Shown piece by piece: positions 17,995-28,200 of a stretch of 46,925 nt of DNA. Source of the stretch: Acidimicrobiia bacterium (GTDB lineage: Bacteria > Actinomycetota > Acidimicrobiia > Spongiisociales > JAENVV01). The stretch spans positions 1 to 46,925 of the forward strand of contig JAOUMT010000003.1 in assembly GCA_029881355.1 (NCBI GenBank), in the 5' to 3' direction. Each line of letters starts with the position of its first letter. Positions within the stretch are counted from its first letter, which is position 1. The position numbers and the translations under genes were made by a program. Under the pieces are notes generated by a model. The model saw nothing but the letters and a program-made list of their open reading frames with translations, made no database searches and was not told where the DNA came from.

Positions 17995-18753
17995 TCAAAG
18001 CAGCCCGTCCAGGCCGACGGTCACCCGGTCGCCAAGGCTCCCGACGCGCCGAACCGCCAATTCGATCCCGGGTCCGAAGGCGGTCCGGTCGGTGGTGTCG
18101 TGGCGAATGGTCAGAGTCTGGCCGACGGCTCCGAAGATGACCTCCTGGTTGGCGATAATCCCGGGAAGACGCACCGAGTGAACCCGAACACCGTTGACCT
18201 CCGCTCCGATCGCCCCTTCTGCAGCGCCGGCGGACTCGACTGATCGAACCTGGTTGGGCTGGGCGGCGGCAATCCGCTCGGCGGTATTGAGCGCAGTCCC
18301 CGACGGTGCGTCGGCTTTGCGATCGTGGTGTAGCTCGATGATTTCGGCGGCCGGGAAGTGCGGTGCGGCAAGTTCGGCAAACCGCATCATCAAGACCGCA
18401 CCGATGGCGAAGTTGGGAACGATCAGACAGCGGGAGATTTCGCCAGTCCAAATCTCGATGACTTTGGCGACCCTAGCTTCATCGAACCCCGAGGTTCCTA
18501 CGACGGCATGGACGCCCATGTCGTGCCACTTGGCGAGGTTGTCGACCACGGCCCCGGGAGTACAAAACTCGACCACCACGTCGGCGTCGGCCACTCGGGC
18601 AGCAGTATCGGTCACCGGTTGCCCGAACAACTCCTCACCGGCATGCCCGGGGGCATACAGCGGCCCAAGCAACAAATCCGGGGCGGCGTCGACCACCGCA
18701 CAGGCAAGTTGCCCCATGCGGCCGTAGGCGCCTGAAACCGCCACGCGCATCAT
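17995..18753 (-). CDS. dapB: 4-hydroxy-tetrahydrodipicolinate reductase
   Basis: VAVSGAYGRMG, VVGTSG, PNFAIGA, ELHHDRKADAPSGTA, HSVRLPG. Confidence 0.96.
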   Translation of the reverse strand: MMRVAVSGAYGRMGQLACAVVDAAPDLLLGPLYAPGHAGEELFGQPVTDTAARVADADVVVEFCTPGAVVDNLAKWHDMGVHAVVGTSGFDEARVAKVIEIWTGEISRCLIVPNFAIGAVLMMRFAELAAPHFPAAEIIELHHDRKADAPSGTALNTAERIAAAQPNQVRSVESAGAAEGAIGAEVNGVRVHSVRLPGIIANQEVIFGAVGQTLTIRHDTTDRTAFGPGIELAVRRVGSLGDRVTVGLDGLL

Positions 18754-20000
18754 GTCAGGTACGACTCCAGATTGGCTTTTTCAAACGGTCCCACTGCACC
18801 GATTACGCGAGGGCCACCCAACAACGCCTGGGCAACCCCCATGACATCGCCACGAGTTACCTCGTCGACCCGGGCGATGTGTTCGGAGATGGAGATATGG
18901 TCGCCGCCAGTCAACTCCCGCTTGCCCAGTCGCACCATCCGCGAATTCGCATCCTCGAAGCCCAACGCCATCGAACCGCGCATGTTCGACTTGGCTCGAT
19001 CGAGTTCTTCTTCCGTGATCCCTTCGACCATCATGGCGTTCAGTTCAATGTTGACGAGATCCATGACCGTGTCGATCTGATCTGGAGTCGTACCCACGTA
19101 AACGCCCCAGGCCCCGGTGTCGGCGAAGGGAAGAGCAAAACTGTAAACGGAATATGCCAGGCCCCGCTCTTCGCGGATCGTCTGAAACAGCCGGGAAGAC
19201 ATGCCCCCACCGAGGACATGATGGAGCACATCAAAGGCAAAACGCCGCTCGTCCCCTCTGGCGATGCCTTCGCCTCCCACCACCAGATTGGCTTGTTCGG
19301 TGTCTTTCACGTCGACCTTCACGGTCGGCCGGAAGGTATGGTCAGCCCATTCGTGCGCCACCGCGGCACCACTCCAATCACCAAAGTACTTGCTCGCTAC
19401 TTCGACGGCTTGCTCGTGTTCGATGGCTCCGGCAATGGCCAGAACCGTAGATCCGGCCCCATACCGGCGCTTCCAATATCCAACGATGTCGTCCCGGCTC
19501 ATCCCGATGATCGACTCGCGAGTTCCAAGAATCGGCATCTCCAGGACGTGTCCCGAGAAGGCCGCTTCGGTGAATCGTTCGAACACAACATCCTGCGGAT
19601 CGTCCTCGGACATGTTGATCTCTTCCATCACCACATGGCGCTCAGAATCGATTTCGTCCGACCGGAACGCGGGGCGCTGCAGCATCTCCCCGAGCATTTC
19701 CATTCCGACATCGAGGTCTTCGTCGAGGAGCCTTGCCCAAAAGCAGGTGTATTCCTTGGAGGTGAATGCGTTTGATTGAGCGCCCATCCGATCAAAGGTA
19801 TGCGAAATCTCGACCGCTGACACCTGCTCGGAACCTTTGAACAGGAGGTGTTCGAGGAAGTGGGACGAGCCGGCCTCGTTGGCCAATTCGTCACGGGTTC
19901 CGGTGTCGACCCAAGCGCCTGCGGCGACTGATCGAATACCCGGCATGGTCTCGGTGATGACGCGTAGCCCGTTAGGAAGCGTCGTTAGGTCATAGTGCAT
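18750..20000 (-). CDS. M16 family (pitrilysin-like) zinc metallopeptidase
   Basis: HFLEHLLFKGS (HxxEH), NAFTSKEYT, LGGGMSSRLFQTIREERGLAYSV. Conserved position upstream of dapB. Confidence 0.95.
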   Translation of the reverse strand: MHYDLTTLPNGLRVITETMPGIRSVAAGAWVDTGTRDELANEAGSSHFLEHLLFKGSEQVSAVEISHTFDRMGAQSNAFTSKEYTCFWARLLDEDLDVGMEMLGEMLQRPAFRSDEIDSERHVVMEEINMSEDDPQDVVFERFTEAAFSGHVLEMPILGTRESIIGMSRDDIVGYWKRRYGAGSTVLAIAGAIEHEQAVEVASKYFGDWSGAAVAHEWADHTFRPTVKVDVKDTEQANLVVGGEGIARGDERRFAFDVLHHVLGGGMSSRLFQTIREERGLAYSVYSFALPFADTGAWGVYVGTTPDQIDTVMDLVNIELNAMMVEGITEEELDRAKSNMRGSMALGFEDANSRMVRLGKRELTGGDHISISEHIARVDEVTRGDVMGVAQALLGGPRVIGAVGPFEKANLESYLT

Positions 20001-20105
20001 GGCTCGTCATGATAGATCGCCAGGCAGTTGAGCAGTCCAGCGCCCCGCAGAAACCGCCCAATCCAGTTTTCCCGAACTTGACGGGCATGAGACAATGGGC
20101 GACTA

Positions 20106-22190
20106 ATGCGCGACCGCTCCATGTTGACTGAGATCCTGCCGGCCGAGGACCGGGCCATCGAAAAGGTGGTCGAACGGTACCAACGCGTCGCTCCGGCGGT
20201 GACCCGTTTCGCTCGCACGCTCTGCGGCAATCAAGAACTGCGAGTTCGCCTCGGTTCGGAGGCCCGGAGTTCTGACAGCGAGATCGTGGTCAACCCCGGT
20301 ATCTTCCAAGCCGCCTATTCACGGCGGGCTCCCGTCACGCCCGAAGAAGTCGCCCTGGCGTCGGCTCTGCACGAAGTCGTGCATCTCGTTTCGACCAACC
20401 TCGACGAACGCCGGCCACTTCCCCGCCAGTGGTTCACTGAAAGCGACGACATTCCCGAGGGTGAATTTGACCTGCTCGATGCCCTCGGACGAGCGGGCGG
20501 CGGAGCGGCCGAGGCGCTGTTCTTCGCACTGGAAGACGCCCGCCAGGAGAGACAAGGCCTTGAAATGTATCCGGGAGCGCGGTCGGTCCTGACGGATATG
20601 TACGTCGCAGCACTCAGCCAGGCGTTGTCAGAAGCCAAACCACTGACCCAGTTCGGGATCGCCTGCTTCATGCTGTTGGGCGGCCATGTGGACCGTGACT
20701 ACCTCGAAAAGAAGACGGACGGCCGGGTGGCGGTCGCCCTGGCCGACGCGGCTCCCTTCATTGAGGCAGCGGCCGAGAGCACCGATCCGTGGGAGATCGG
20801 AACGTTGGCGCTCCAACTGTTGAACGTCGCCAAACTCCACAAGATCGCGACACCCACATCGGAGACCGAAACTTCAGGTCAGAAGAAGGCCCGCGAGGAA
20901 CTCGACGAGTCATCGATCGCCGACGGCGTCGACGAGGTTCGCCTCCTCACCCCGATCCTGCAAGATAGCGAGACCTACGAAAAGACTCGCAAGGCTTCCG
21001 ATGCGCGAGCCGGGGAATCCATGCGCCGGGCCCCATCGGAAGTGGCCAGTCAGGAGTCCACCGATCAGATCCTCAAGGTGTCCCAGGCGCCGACGGTGTA
21101 CCTTCCCTCAGGGCAGGGGGGCAAACTCATCGTCGTACCGTTCCCCGACCGTTTCCGCCAGTGGGCTCCTGACGGTCGGGACCGACTGAAGGAGGCCACC
21201 CGACGCTGGCATATGGCCCAGGGACGGATCTCAGGCGAGTTGTTTCCGCTGTTCGCAGCCAACCAACGACGAGGTCTCCAGTCTGGCTTCGATGCCGGGG
21301 ACCTGTCACCGCACGCCCCGCTCCTGCTGGCTGGCGGCCTGTATGAGCGGATGTACGAACGACGAGCCAGGAGAACTCGGCGCTCATATGCCGTCAGCCT
21401 GTTGATCGACGGTTCGGCCTCGATGCTTCAGCCGCGCTCGATCGACGGAACGAGCAGGAAGTCACCGTGGGGGCTGGCGGCCGCCACCCTGGGCGCCTGG
21501 TCACTCGCCCAACTGTGCGACGAACTTCAGATCGATTTTGAGGTGGCGTTGTTCAATCGATCATTCGTCGCCGAACCACTCGACAACGAGTACGAATACA
21601 CCCGCCGATCGTCGCGAACGACTAGCGGCTTGCGTCGGACTCAGGGATCGAGTGCCGATCGGCTTTCGTCAACGGTCAATCACTACATGATCAAGTCGTT
21701 TCAGCAACGCTGGAGGTCAGTCAGCGACGTAATGGCAGGGTTGTTCTTTTCGGCCGCTGATGCCAGAACGGCGGCCGAGTACGCCCGGCGTGAACCTCGC
21801 GAAGCGCCACCTATTTCGATGTTCTCGAAAGGGGCGAACGTGGACGAATACAACGTCACCCACGCCGCCGAACGGATGGCCCGCCTGGGAGCGACCGTCC
21901 GGGTCCTCGTGGTCCTGGCGGACGGGATGACCCGCGGCTCGAGTGCCGAGCTTCAGGCGGCGGTCAAGCGGGCCGAGGGCAACGGAACGATCGTCTTGGG
22001 TATCGGGATTGGTGAAGACACGGTCGAGACGGTGTACCCCCGCTATCAGATTGTCGACCGCCCCGAAACGCTGGCCAGATCGGTGATCGAGGGAGTCAAG
22101 GGCTCGCTACGCAAATCACTCATCACCGAAGGATTTTCAAGCCGGACGTTCGCGTCCGAATTTAACTGGAAGGAAACGACCCATGTCTGA
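20106..22190 (+). CDS. CobT/NorD-like vWA-domain protein with N-terminal HExxH
   Basis: LHEVVH and LEDARQE in the N-terminal part; C-terminal vWA with LLIDGSAS (MIDAS), VLVVLADG and LGIGIG. Confidence 0.75.
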   Translation: MRDRSMLTEILPAEDRAIEKVVERYQRVAPAVTRFARTLCGNQELRVRLGSEARSSDSEIVVNPGIFQAAYSRRAPVTPEEVALASALHEVVHLVSTNLDERRPLPRQWFTESDDIPEGEFDLLDALGRAGGGAAEALFFALEDARQERQGLEMYPGARSVLTDMYVAALSQALSEAKPLTQFGIACFMLLGGHVDRDYLEKKTDGRVAVALADAAPFIEAAAESTDPWEIGTLALQLLNVAKLHKIATPTSETETSGQKKAREELDESSIADGVDEVRLLTPILQDSETYEKTRKASDARAGESMRRAPSEVASQESTDQILKVSQAPTVYLPSGQGGKLIVVPFPDRFRQWAPDGRDRLKEATRRWHMAQGRISGELFPLFAANQRRGLQSGFDAGDLSPHAPLLLAGGLYERMYERRARRTRRSYAVSLLIDGSASMLQPRSIDGTSRKSPWGLAAATLGAWSLAQLCDELQIDFEVALFNRSFVAEPLDNEYEYTRRSSRTTSGLRRTQGSSADRLSSTVNHYMIKSFQQRWRSVSDVMAGLFFSAADARTAAEYARREPREAPPISMFSKGANVDEYNVTHAAERMARLGATVRVLVVLADGMTRGSSAELQAAVKRAEGNGTIVLGIGIGEDTVETVYPRYQIVDRPETLARSVIEGVKGSLRKSLITEGFSSRTFASEFNWKETTHV

Positions 22191-23184
22191 AACTGTTGTA
22201 TTCGAGGATCCCACCGGCGAAGGAAAGGTCATCGAACTCGAAACCTTCCAGGTTCCCAAGTCCATTCCGGACTACGAGCACCGTATGAACAAGATTCCCG
22301 ACCCCGACCCTCACTACGTTGACCTCGGGATGCTGTACCGCTTTGCACAGGTCGAAAAGGTTCGACGCGAGAACTCAGACGCGTTTGTCCCGCTCCATGT
22401 GGCAGTTCGAGGCCATATGGGCACCGGCAAGGATCACGACATCGAGCAATTCGCCGCCCTCATCAAACTCCCGTACTTCCGAATCCCCCTGACTGGTGAA
22501 GTCCGCGACATCACTCTGATCGGATCGACGAAGCTGCACGGCGACGGGAAAGGTGGGACCGAATCACGCTGGGAGGACGGCGACATCACCAGGGCCTTGC
22601 GGGGACCCGCACTGGTGAACCTTTCCGAACTCAATGCGGCAGGGGCCGAGACCTTGTTCGCTCTCCACGGGTTGCTCGACCGGTACCAGGCGATCGACTT
22701 GCCGAACGGTGAGAACGTCGAACTGCGCGCCGACGTGCGACTCTTCGGCACGATGAACCCGACCGACCTGCGGGACTATGCCGGAACCCAGACCCTCAAT
22801 AAGGCATTCGCCGACCGGTGGGTTATCTGGCACAAACGGTTCCCGAATGCCGATCAGTTGCGGGCCATGATCACCAGACGCTATCCAACTCTGGCCGACC
22901 CATACGTCGAGGCGATCGCCCGTTTGGCAAGCGAAATCAACGAATCGTTCGAACAATCCGACGCCGGAACCCGCGTCGAAACCCCCATGAGCTTGCGTGG
23001 GACACTCGACCGCCTCCCGACCGGCCTGCAGATGTTTTCGGAGGCGGCCGATCCCCTCCGCAGGTCCTGGGAGGAGTTCGTACTTCCGCACGTCGACGAA
23101 TACGACCAGGATCACTACGAAACGGTCTGGAATGCCGTCGTGCGCAAGGGGCCAACGGAAAAACCCTATGGAGGGCTAGCCTAA
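22183..23184 (+). CDS. MoxR-family AAA+ ATPase (CobS/CbbQ/NirQ/NorQ-like)
   Basis: Walker A GHMGTGK, WEDGDITRA, Walker B-like VNLSELN, sensor FGTMNP, YAGTQTLNKAFADRW. Overlaps the vWA stop. Confidence 0.85.
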   Translation: MSETVVFEDPTGEGKVIELETFQVPKSIPDYEHRMNKIPDPDPHYVDLGMLYRFAQVEKVRRENSDAFVPLHVAVRGHMGTGKDHDIEQFAALIKLPYFRIPLTGEVRDITLIGSTKLHGDGKGGTESRWEDGDITRALRGPALVNLSELNAAGAETLFALHGLLDRYQAIDLPNGENVELRADVRLFGTMNPTDLRDYAGTQTLNKAFADRWVIWHKRFPNADQLRAMITRRYPTLADPYVEAIARLASEINESFEQSDAGTRVETPMSLRGTLDRLPTGLQMFSEAADPLRRSWEEFVLPHVDEYDQDHYETVWNAVVRKGPTEKPYGGLA

Positions 23185-23188
23185 GTCG

Positions 23189-24277
23189 ATGCGCAAATAC
23201 GAGATGGGTAACGAAGAAATCGACGCGGCGGTGGCCGCCCTCGTGGCCCAAGCCGATTCCAAACCCAACGAAGACCTGACCGCCGAAATCATCATCACCG
23301 CCTTGAAGTTGTACCGCGATGGCGCCGAACGTGGTGATCTGAAGCTGGTGAATACCGCACTCAAAGAAATGCGTTACTCGATGCTGGTCTTCTCGCGAGA
23401 TCGGCACCGCCCGAAAGTAACGATGTACGGATCGGCCAGAACCCCGAACAGCGACATCGAGTATCAGCTGGCGAAACGTTTCGCCGAAGTCATGGTCCAA
23501 CGCAGCTGGGCGGTCATCACCGGTGCCGGACCCGGCATCATGGAAGCCGGCAACGAAGGCGCCGGGATGGATGCCTCCTACGGGGTAAACATTCGGTTGC
23601 CGTTCGAATCGAACGCCAACCCATTCGTGTCCCCGGATCAGCTGATCAACTTCAAGTATTTTTTCACCAGGAAGCTCGGGTTCGTCAAAGAGTCGTCGGC
23701 CTTTGCCTTGTTCCCTGGCGGATTTGGCACCATGGACGAAGCTTTCGAGCTGCTCACGCTCACCCAAACCGGTAAATCCGACCTCCATCCGATCGTGATG
23801 GTCGGCTCCGAGCAGTCCACGTATTGGCAACGATGGAACGAATTCGTCGTCGACGAGCTCGTGGGGTCCGAATTGATTGCCCCCGAAGACCAGAACCTGT
23901 ATCGGATCACGGACGACCCGATCGTGGCAGCGGACGAGATATGCCACTTTTACGCCAACTACCGCTCCCAGCGCTATGTCGACGGCAAGCTCGTCCTACG
24001 GGTCACGCAAGGTCCCACCCCGGACCAGCTGACCGAACTGAACGATGAGTTCAGCGACATCCTGGTCTCTGGCGCCATCGAGTCAGTCGACCCGAGCAAC
24101 GCCGAGGTGCGTGACGGCGACGACCTGGAGGCGAGCCGACTCCAGCTGCATTTCGATCGTCGCCACTACGGGCGGCTGCGTTCGGTCGTGAACATGGTCA
24201 ACGACTGGGTCGCCACGCCCGAAATCGTGCATCCGGGCACCGCATTTACCGACGAGCAACAGGACCGCCCCTGGTAG
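23189..24277 (+). CDS. LOG family (TIGR00730) Rossmann-fold protein, long form
   Basis: YGSART, ITGAGPGIMEAGN, FKYFFTRK, PGGFGTMDE. Confidence 0.92.
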   Translation: MRKYEMGNEEIDAAVAALVAQADSKPNEDLTAEIIITALKLYRDGAERGDLKLVNTALKEMRYSMLVFSRDRHRPKVTMYGSARTPNSDIEYQLAKRFAEVMVQRSWAVITGAGPGIMEAGNEGAGMDASYGVNIRLPFESNANPFVSPDQLINFKYFFTRKLGFVKESSAFALFPGGFGTMDEAFELLTLTQTGKSDLHPIVMVGSEQSTYWQRWNEFVVDELVGSELIAPEDQNLYRITDDPIVAADEICHFYANYRSQRYVDGKLVLRVTQGPTPDQLTELNDEFSDILVSGAIESVDPSNAEVRDGDDLEASRLQLHFDRRHYGRLRSVVNMVNDWVATPEIVHPGTAFTDEQQDRPW

Positions 24278-24323
24278 CCGACGTCCGGCGGGATGTAGCG
24301 GATCCGACTACCATATTCGTGCC

Positions 24324-25070
24324 TTGAGAGAAATATTGTCCGACCTCGTTGCCGAAGAACAGGCACTTGACCAGCTGTTGCAGCGGATCAATCCGCGCGA
24401 CTGGCACAAGAAAAAGATTCGCAACGGCTGGACGATCCACGAACTGGTCAGCTATCTGTCCGAATCGGAACGCTATGCCTACAACGCTCTCGCCGAGGGA
24501 GGCACGGCCCTCGCCGATTTCGACACTCTCGGCGGCATAGACGGGATTCGCAAGAAGGCGATCCGGGTGGGCGACGGCATGCGCTCCCAGGACATCATCG
24601 AGGTCTGGCGTGGAGCTCGAGCCAAGGTCATCGAGGAACTGTTTCGCGCCAAACCCACTGACCGGATTCCGACGTTTATTGGCACGATGAGCGCTCGAAC
24701 CTTCGCTACCGCCAAGCTGGTTGAAGCCTGGTCGTTCGCGCTGGAGGTCGACGAGACGATCGTCTCGGAAGAGGAGATCGAGGACACGCTGCGCCTCCGG
24801 CACATCGCCTGGTTCGCCTGGGCCTGCTTGCCGTATGCGTTCAGCAAGGCCGGCGTCGAATACGACGGGTCAGTGCGGGTCGAGGTAATGGGTCCGAAGT
24901 ATTCGAAGTGGGTATTTGGCCCAACCGACTCCGATCAACTCATTCGGGGCCAGGCAGCCGATTGGTGCCGGGTGGCCGTCGGATTCATCCAACCCGAGGA
25001 CGCACCAACCATCAAGACAGAAGGCGATATGGCGGCGACCGCCCTTGAGTTGGTCAACGTCGAGCTGTGA
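24324..25070 (+). CDS. TIGR03084-like / mycothiol maleylpyruvate isomerase (DinB superfamily) protein
   Basis: ILSDLVAE...GWTI..., MSARTFATAKLVE, TLRLRHIAW...PYAF, W.FGP, G.AADWCRVA follow the TIGR03084 pattern. Metal-binding His residues appear substituted. Confidence 0.75.
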   Translation: MREILSDLVAEEQALDQLLQRINPRDWHKKKIRNGWTIHELVSYLSESERYAYNALAEGGTALADFDTLGGIDGIRKKAIRVGDGMRSQDIIEVWRGARAKVIEELFRAKPTDRIPTFIGTMSARTFATAKLVEAWSFALEVDETIVSEEEIEDTLRLRHIAWFAWACLPYAFSKAGVEYDGSVRVEVMGPKYSKWVFGPTDSDQLIRGQAADWCRVAVGFIQPEDAPTIKTEGDMAATALELVNVEL

Positions 25071-25273
25071 CGCTCCCGCGTCGCTGAATCTCCTCTCGCC
25101 AAGCCTCCTTCGTGACACTGAAGCCAGTCTTGGCCAACAGACGCAACAACGCCTGAGCGCTTCTTTGAACTGAGCTGGTCGGAGGACGTCGCCGAACGCA
25201 TCCATGAATCGAACCACTCCCTGAACGATGTGACACAGCGAACCACCACATCAGATCCTCCTACGATATGAGC

Positions 25274-28200
25274 ATGCAACTACCGTTCAGTCCGGCTACC
25301 ACTGCGTGGTTCGAGGCGTCCTTTCCGGCACCAACCGTCGCGCAGTCGGCCGGTTGGAAGGCGATCGCCGATGGCACCCATACATTGATCCACGCCCCGA
25401 CTGGATCCGGAAAAACCCTGGCGGCATTTCTCTGGGCTCTGGACGGGCTACTCCATGCACCGATCCCCGAACGTGCGGAGCGATGCAGGGTGCTCTACAT
25501 CTCTCCGCTGAAAGCGCTCGCCTACGACGTCGACCGCAATCTCAGAGCCCCTCTCCGCGGGATCCGGCACGCCGCAGCCCGACTCGAACTAGACGAACTT
25601 CCCGAAGTCACCACCGCGCTGCGTACGGGCGATACGCCTGCCAATGAACGGCAACGAATGCGTCGCACGCCGCCAGACATTCTCATCACGACGCCCGAAT
25701 CTCTCTTTCTCTTGCTTACTTCCCAGGCCAGGGAGTTCCTCCGCTCTGTCGAAACAGTGATCATCGACGAGGTCCACGCTGTGGCGGGAACCAAACGAGG
25801 CGCCCATCTTGCCCTCTCGCTCGAACGATTGGAGGAGATCTGCGCACGCCCACCCCAGCGGATCGGCCTCTCGGCAACTCAGCGACCTCTCGAAACCATC
25901 GGCAGATTCCTGGCCGGCGGGGAGATCGTCCGTGACACATGGCGGGCCCGTCCAGTGATCATCGTCGACGACACGACCGAAAAGGACCTCGACATCGACG
26001 TGGTGGTGCCGGTCGAAGACATGACGTCGCCGGTTCCACTCGATGGCGAACCGTCAGAGCCCCAAGACACCCGATCGATCTGGCCGGCGGTGTATCCGAG
26101 AATCCTCGAAACGATCAGAAAGAACACTTCGACGATCGTCTTTGCGAACAGTCGTCGCCTCGCCGAGCGACTATCGAACGAACTCAACCGAATCGCCGAC
26201 GAATCGCTGACAAGAGCCCACCACGGATCGGTCGCCCGTGAGCAACGCGTCGAGATCGAAGAAGCGCTTAAAGGCGGACATCTTCCTGCCGTAGTCGCAA
26301 CGTCAACCCTCGAACTTGGGATCGACATGGGCGCCGTGGATCATGTGGTTCAGGTCGAGGCTCCTATCAGTGTGGCCTCGGGTTTGCAGCGGGTCGGCCG
26401 GGCAGGCCACCACGTTGGAGCGACGTCGTCCATGACGATTTTCCCAAAATATCGCGGCGATCTGCTGGTGAGCACTGTGATCGCCGACCTCATGCGAAAG
26501 CGGCACGTCGAAGCCACAAAAATCCCGCGGAATCCCCTGGACGTGCTGGCCCAACAAATAGTGGCCATGGTGTCGATCGACGAATCGACCGTGGACGACG
26601 TGTACCGCACCATCAGGCGGGCCGCCCCGTACGCGGACCTCGGCCGTGGTCCCTTTGAAGCAACGCTGGACATGCTGGCCGGGCGCTACCCCTCCGACCT
26701 GTTCGCCGAGTTACGTCCCCGAATCACTTGGGATCGGGTGACGGGCGCCCTGGAGGCCCGTCCAGGTGCTCAGCGACTCGCTGTCCAGAATGCGGGGACC
26801 ATCCCTGACCGCGGTCTCTACATCGTGACGCTTCCAGAAGGCGGGAAAGTCGGCGAACTCGACGAAGAGATGGTCTATGAATCGCGCGTGGGTGACGTCT
26901 TCCTGCTCGGAACCACCGCATGGCGAATCACCGACATCACCCACGATCGGGTCATCGTCCTTCCCGCCCCCGGCGCTCCTGGTGCCAAAATGCCGTTCTG
27001 GCATGGCGACCAAGCGGGACGACCTCTGTCCACCGGGCGGGCCCTCGGTGCGTTCGTACGCGAAATCGCCGCGGCGGATCCCGACGAGGCCTTCGGGCGC
27101 CTCCAGTCCGAGTATCGACTCGACGCCCTGGCCGCCAGGAATCTGCTCGCCTACATTGCCGAAGAACGAGAAACCGTCGGCGCCCTACCAACCGACCGCA
27201 CGATCGTGATCGAACGCTTTCGAGACGAGATCGGCGACTGGCGCCTCGTGCTGCTCTCGCCGTTCGGGGCCAAAGTCCATGCACCCTGGGCGATGGCACT
27301 TGGCAAACGGTTCGCCGAGCAATATGGGCATGACCCGAATGTCATCTGGGCCGACGATGGAATCGCTTTCCGGTTCCCCGACGCGGACGAACCTCCCAAT
27401 CCCCAGGATCTGCTCATCGACCCCGAGGAGATCGAGGCCATGGTGGTCGACCGGGTTGCCGAATCGGCGCTGTTCGCCGCCCGGTTCCGGGAGGCGGCTG
27501 CCCGGGCTCTTCTCCTCCCCCGACGTCGTCCTGGCAACCGAACTCCCCTATGGCTTCAACGCCGAAAGTCCGCTGACTTGCTGTCCGTCGCTCGAGAATT
27601 CGGTTCGTTCCCAATCATGCTGGAGACCTATCGCGAGATTCTCCAGGATGATTTCGACCTTCCTGCGCTTGTCGAGGTCCTCGGCGACATCCGCTCTCGC
27701 AAGGTGCGCGTGGTCGAGACCGATGTTGATCTCCCCTCACCGTTCGCCGCTTCACTCCTGTTCTCCTTTATCGCTGCCTACCTGTACGAAGCCGACACTC
27801 CACTCGCCGAACGGCGGGCGGCGGCACTAACCCTGGACCGGGACCTGCTGCGAGAACTGCTCGGGGAGGGAGAGCTCCGAGAACTACTGTCAATCGAGGT
27901 AGTAGCCGAGGTCGAACTGGAGTTGCAACGTTTGGCCGACGGGTACCGAGCCAAGGGCACCGAAGGAATCGCCGACCTTCTACGACTCCTCGGGCCATTG
28001 ACCACCACCGAAGTCGACGTCAGAACCGAGGACACGCCCCGCGACGCTCTCGGTACGTTGGAGGATGCCCGACGAATCATCCGTGTCACGATTGACGGCG
28101 CGCAACATTGGGCAAGTATCGAAGATGCCTCGCGCTTGCGCGACGGTCTCGGGGTGCAAATGCCACCCGGAGTTCCACACACCTTTCTTGAACCGGTCAG

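Noticed and set aside
22937-23947. 336-aa minus-strand ORF and similar long shadow ORFs (e.g. 18879-19775, 27778-28563, 9992-10702)
   Set aside because: They are antisense to well-supported genes, have no motifs, and are expected in high-GC DNA.
25071-25267. Possible gene remnant or ncRNA upstream of lhr (minus-strand fragments MDAFGDVLRPAQFKEA / QALLRLLAKTGFSVTKEAWREEIQRRG)
   Set aside because: No recognisable family or convincing structure, and no PafBC or SOS box with correct spacing.
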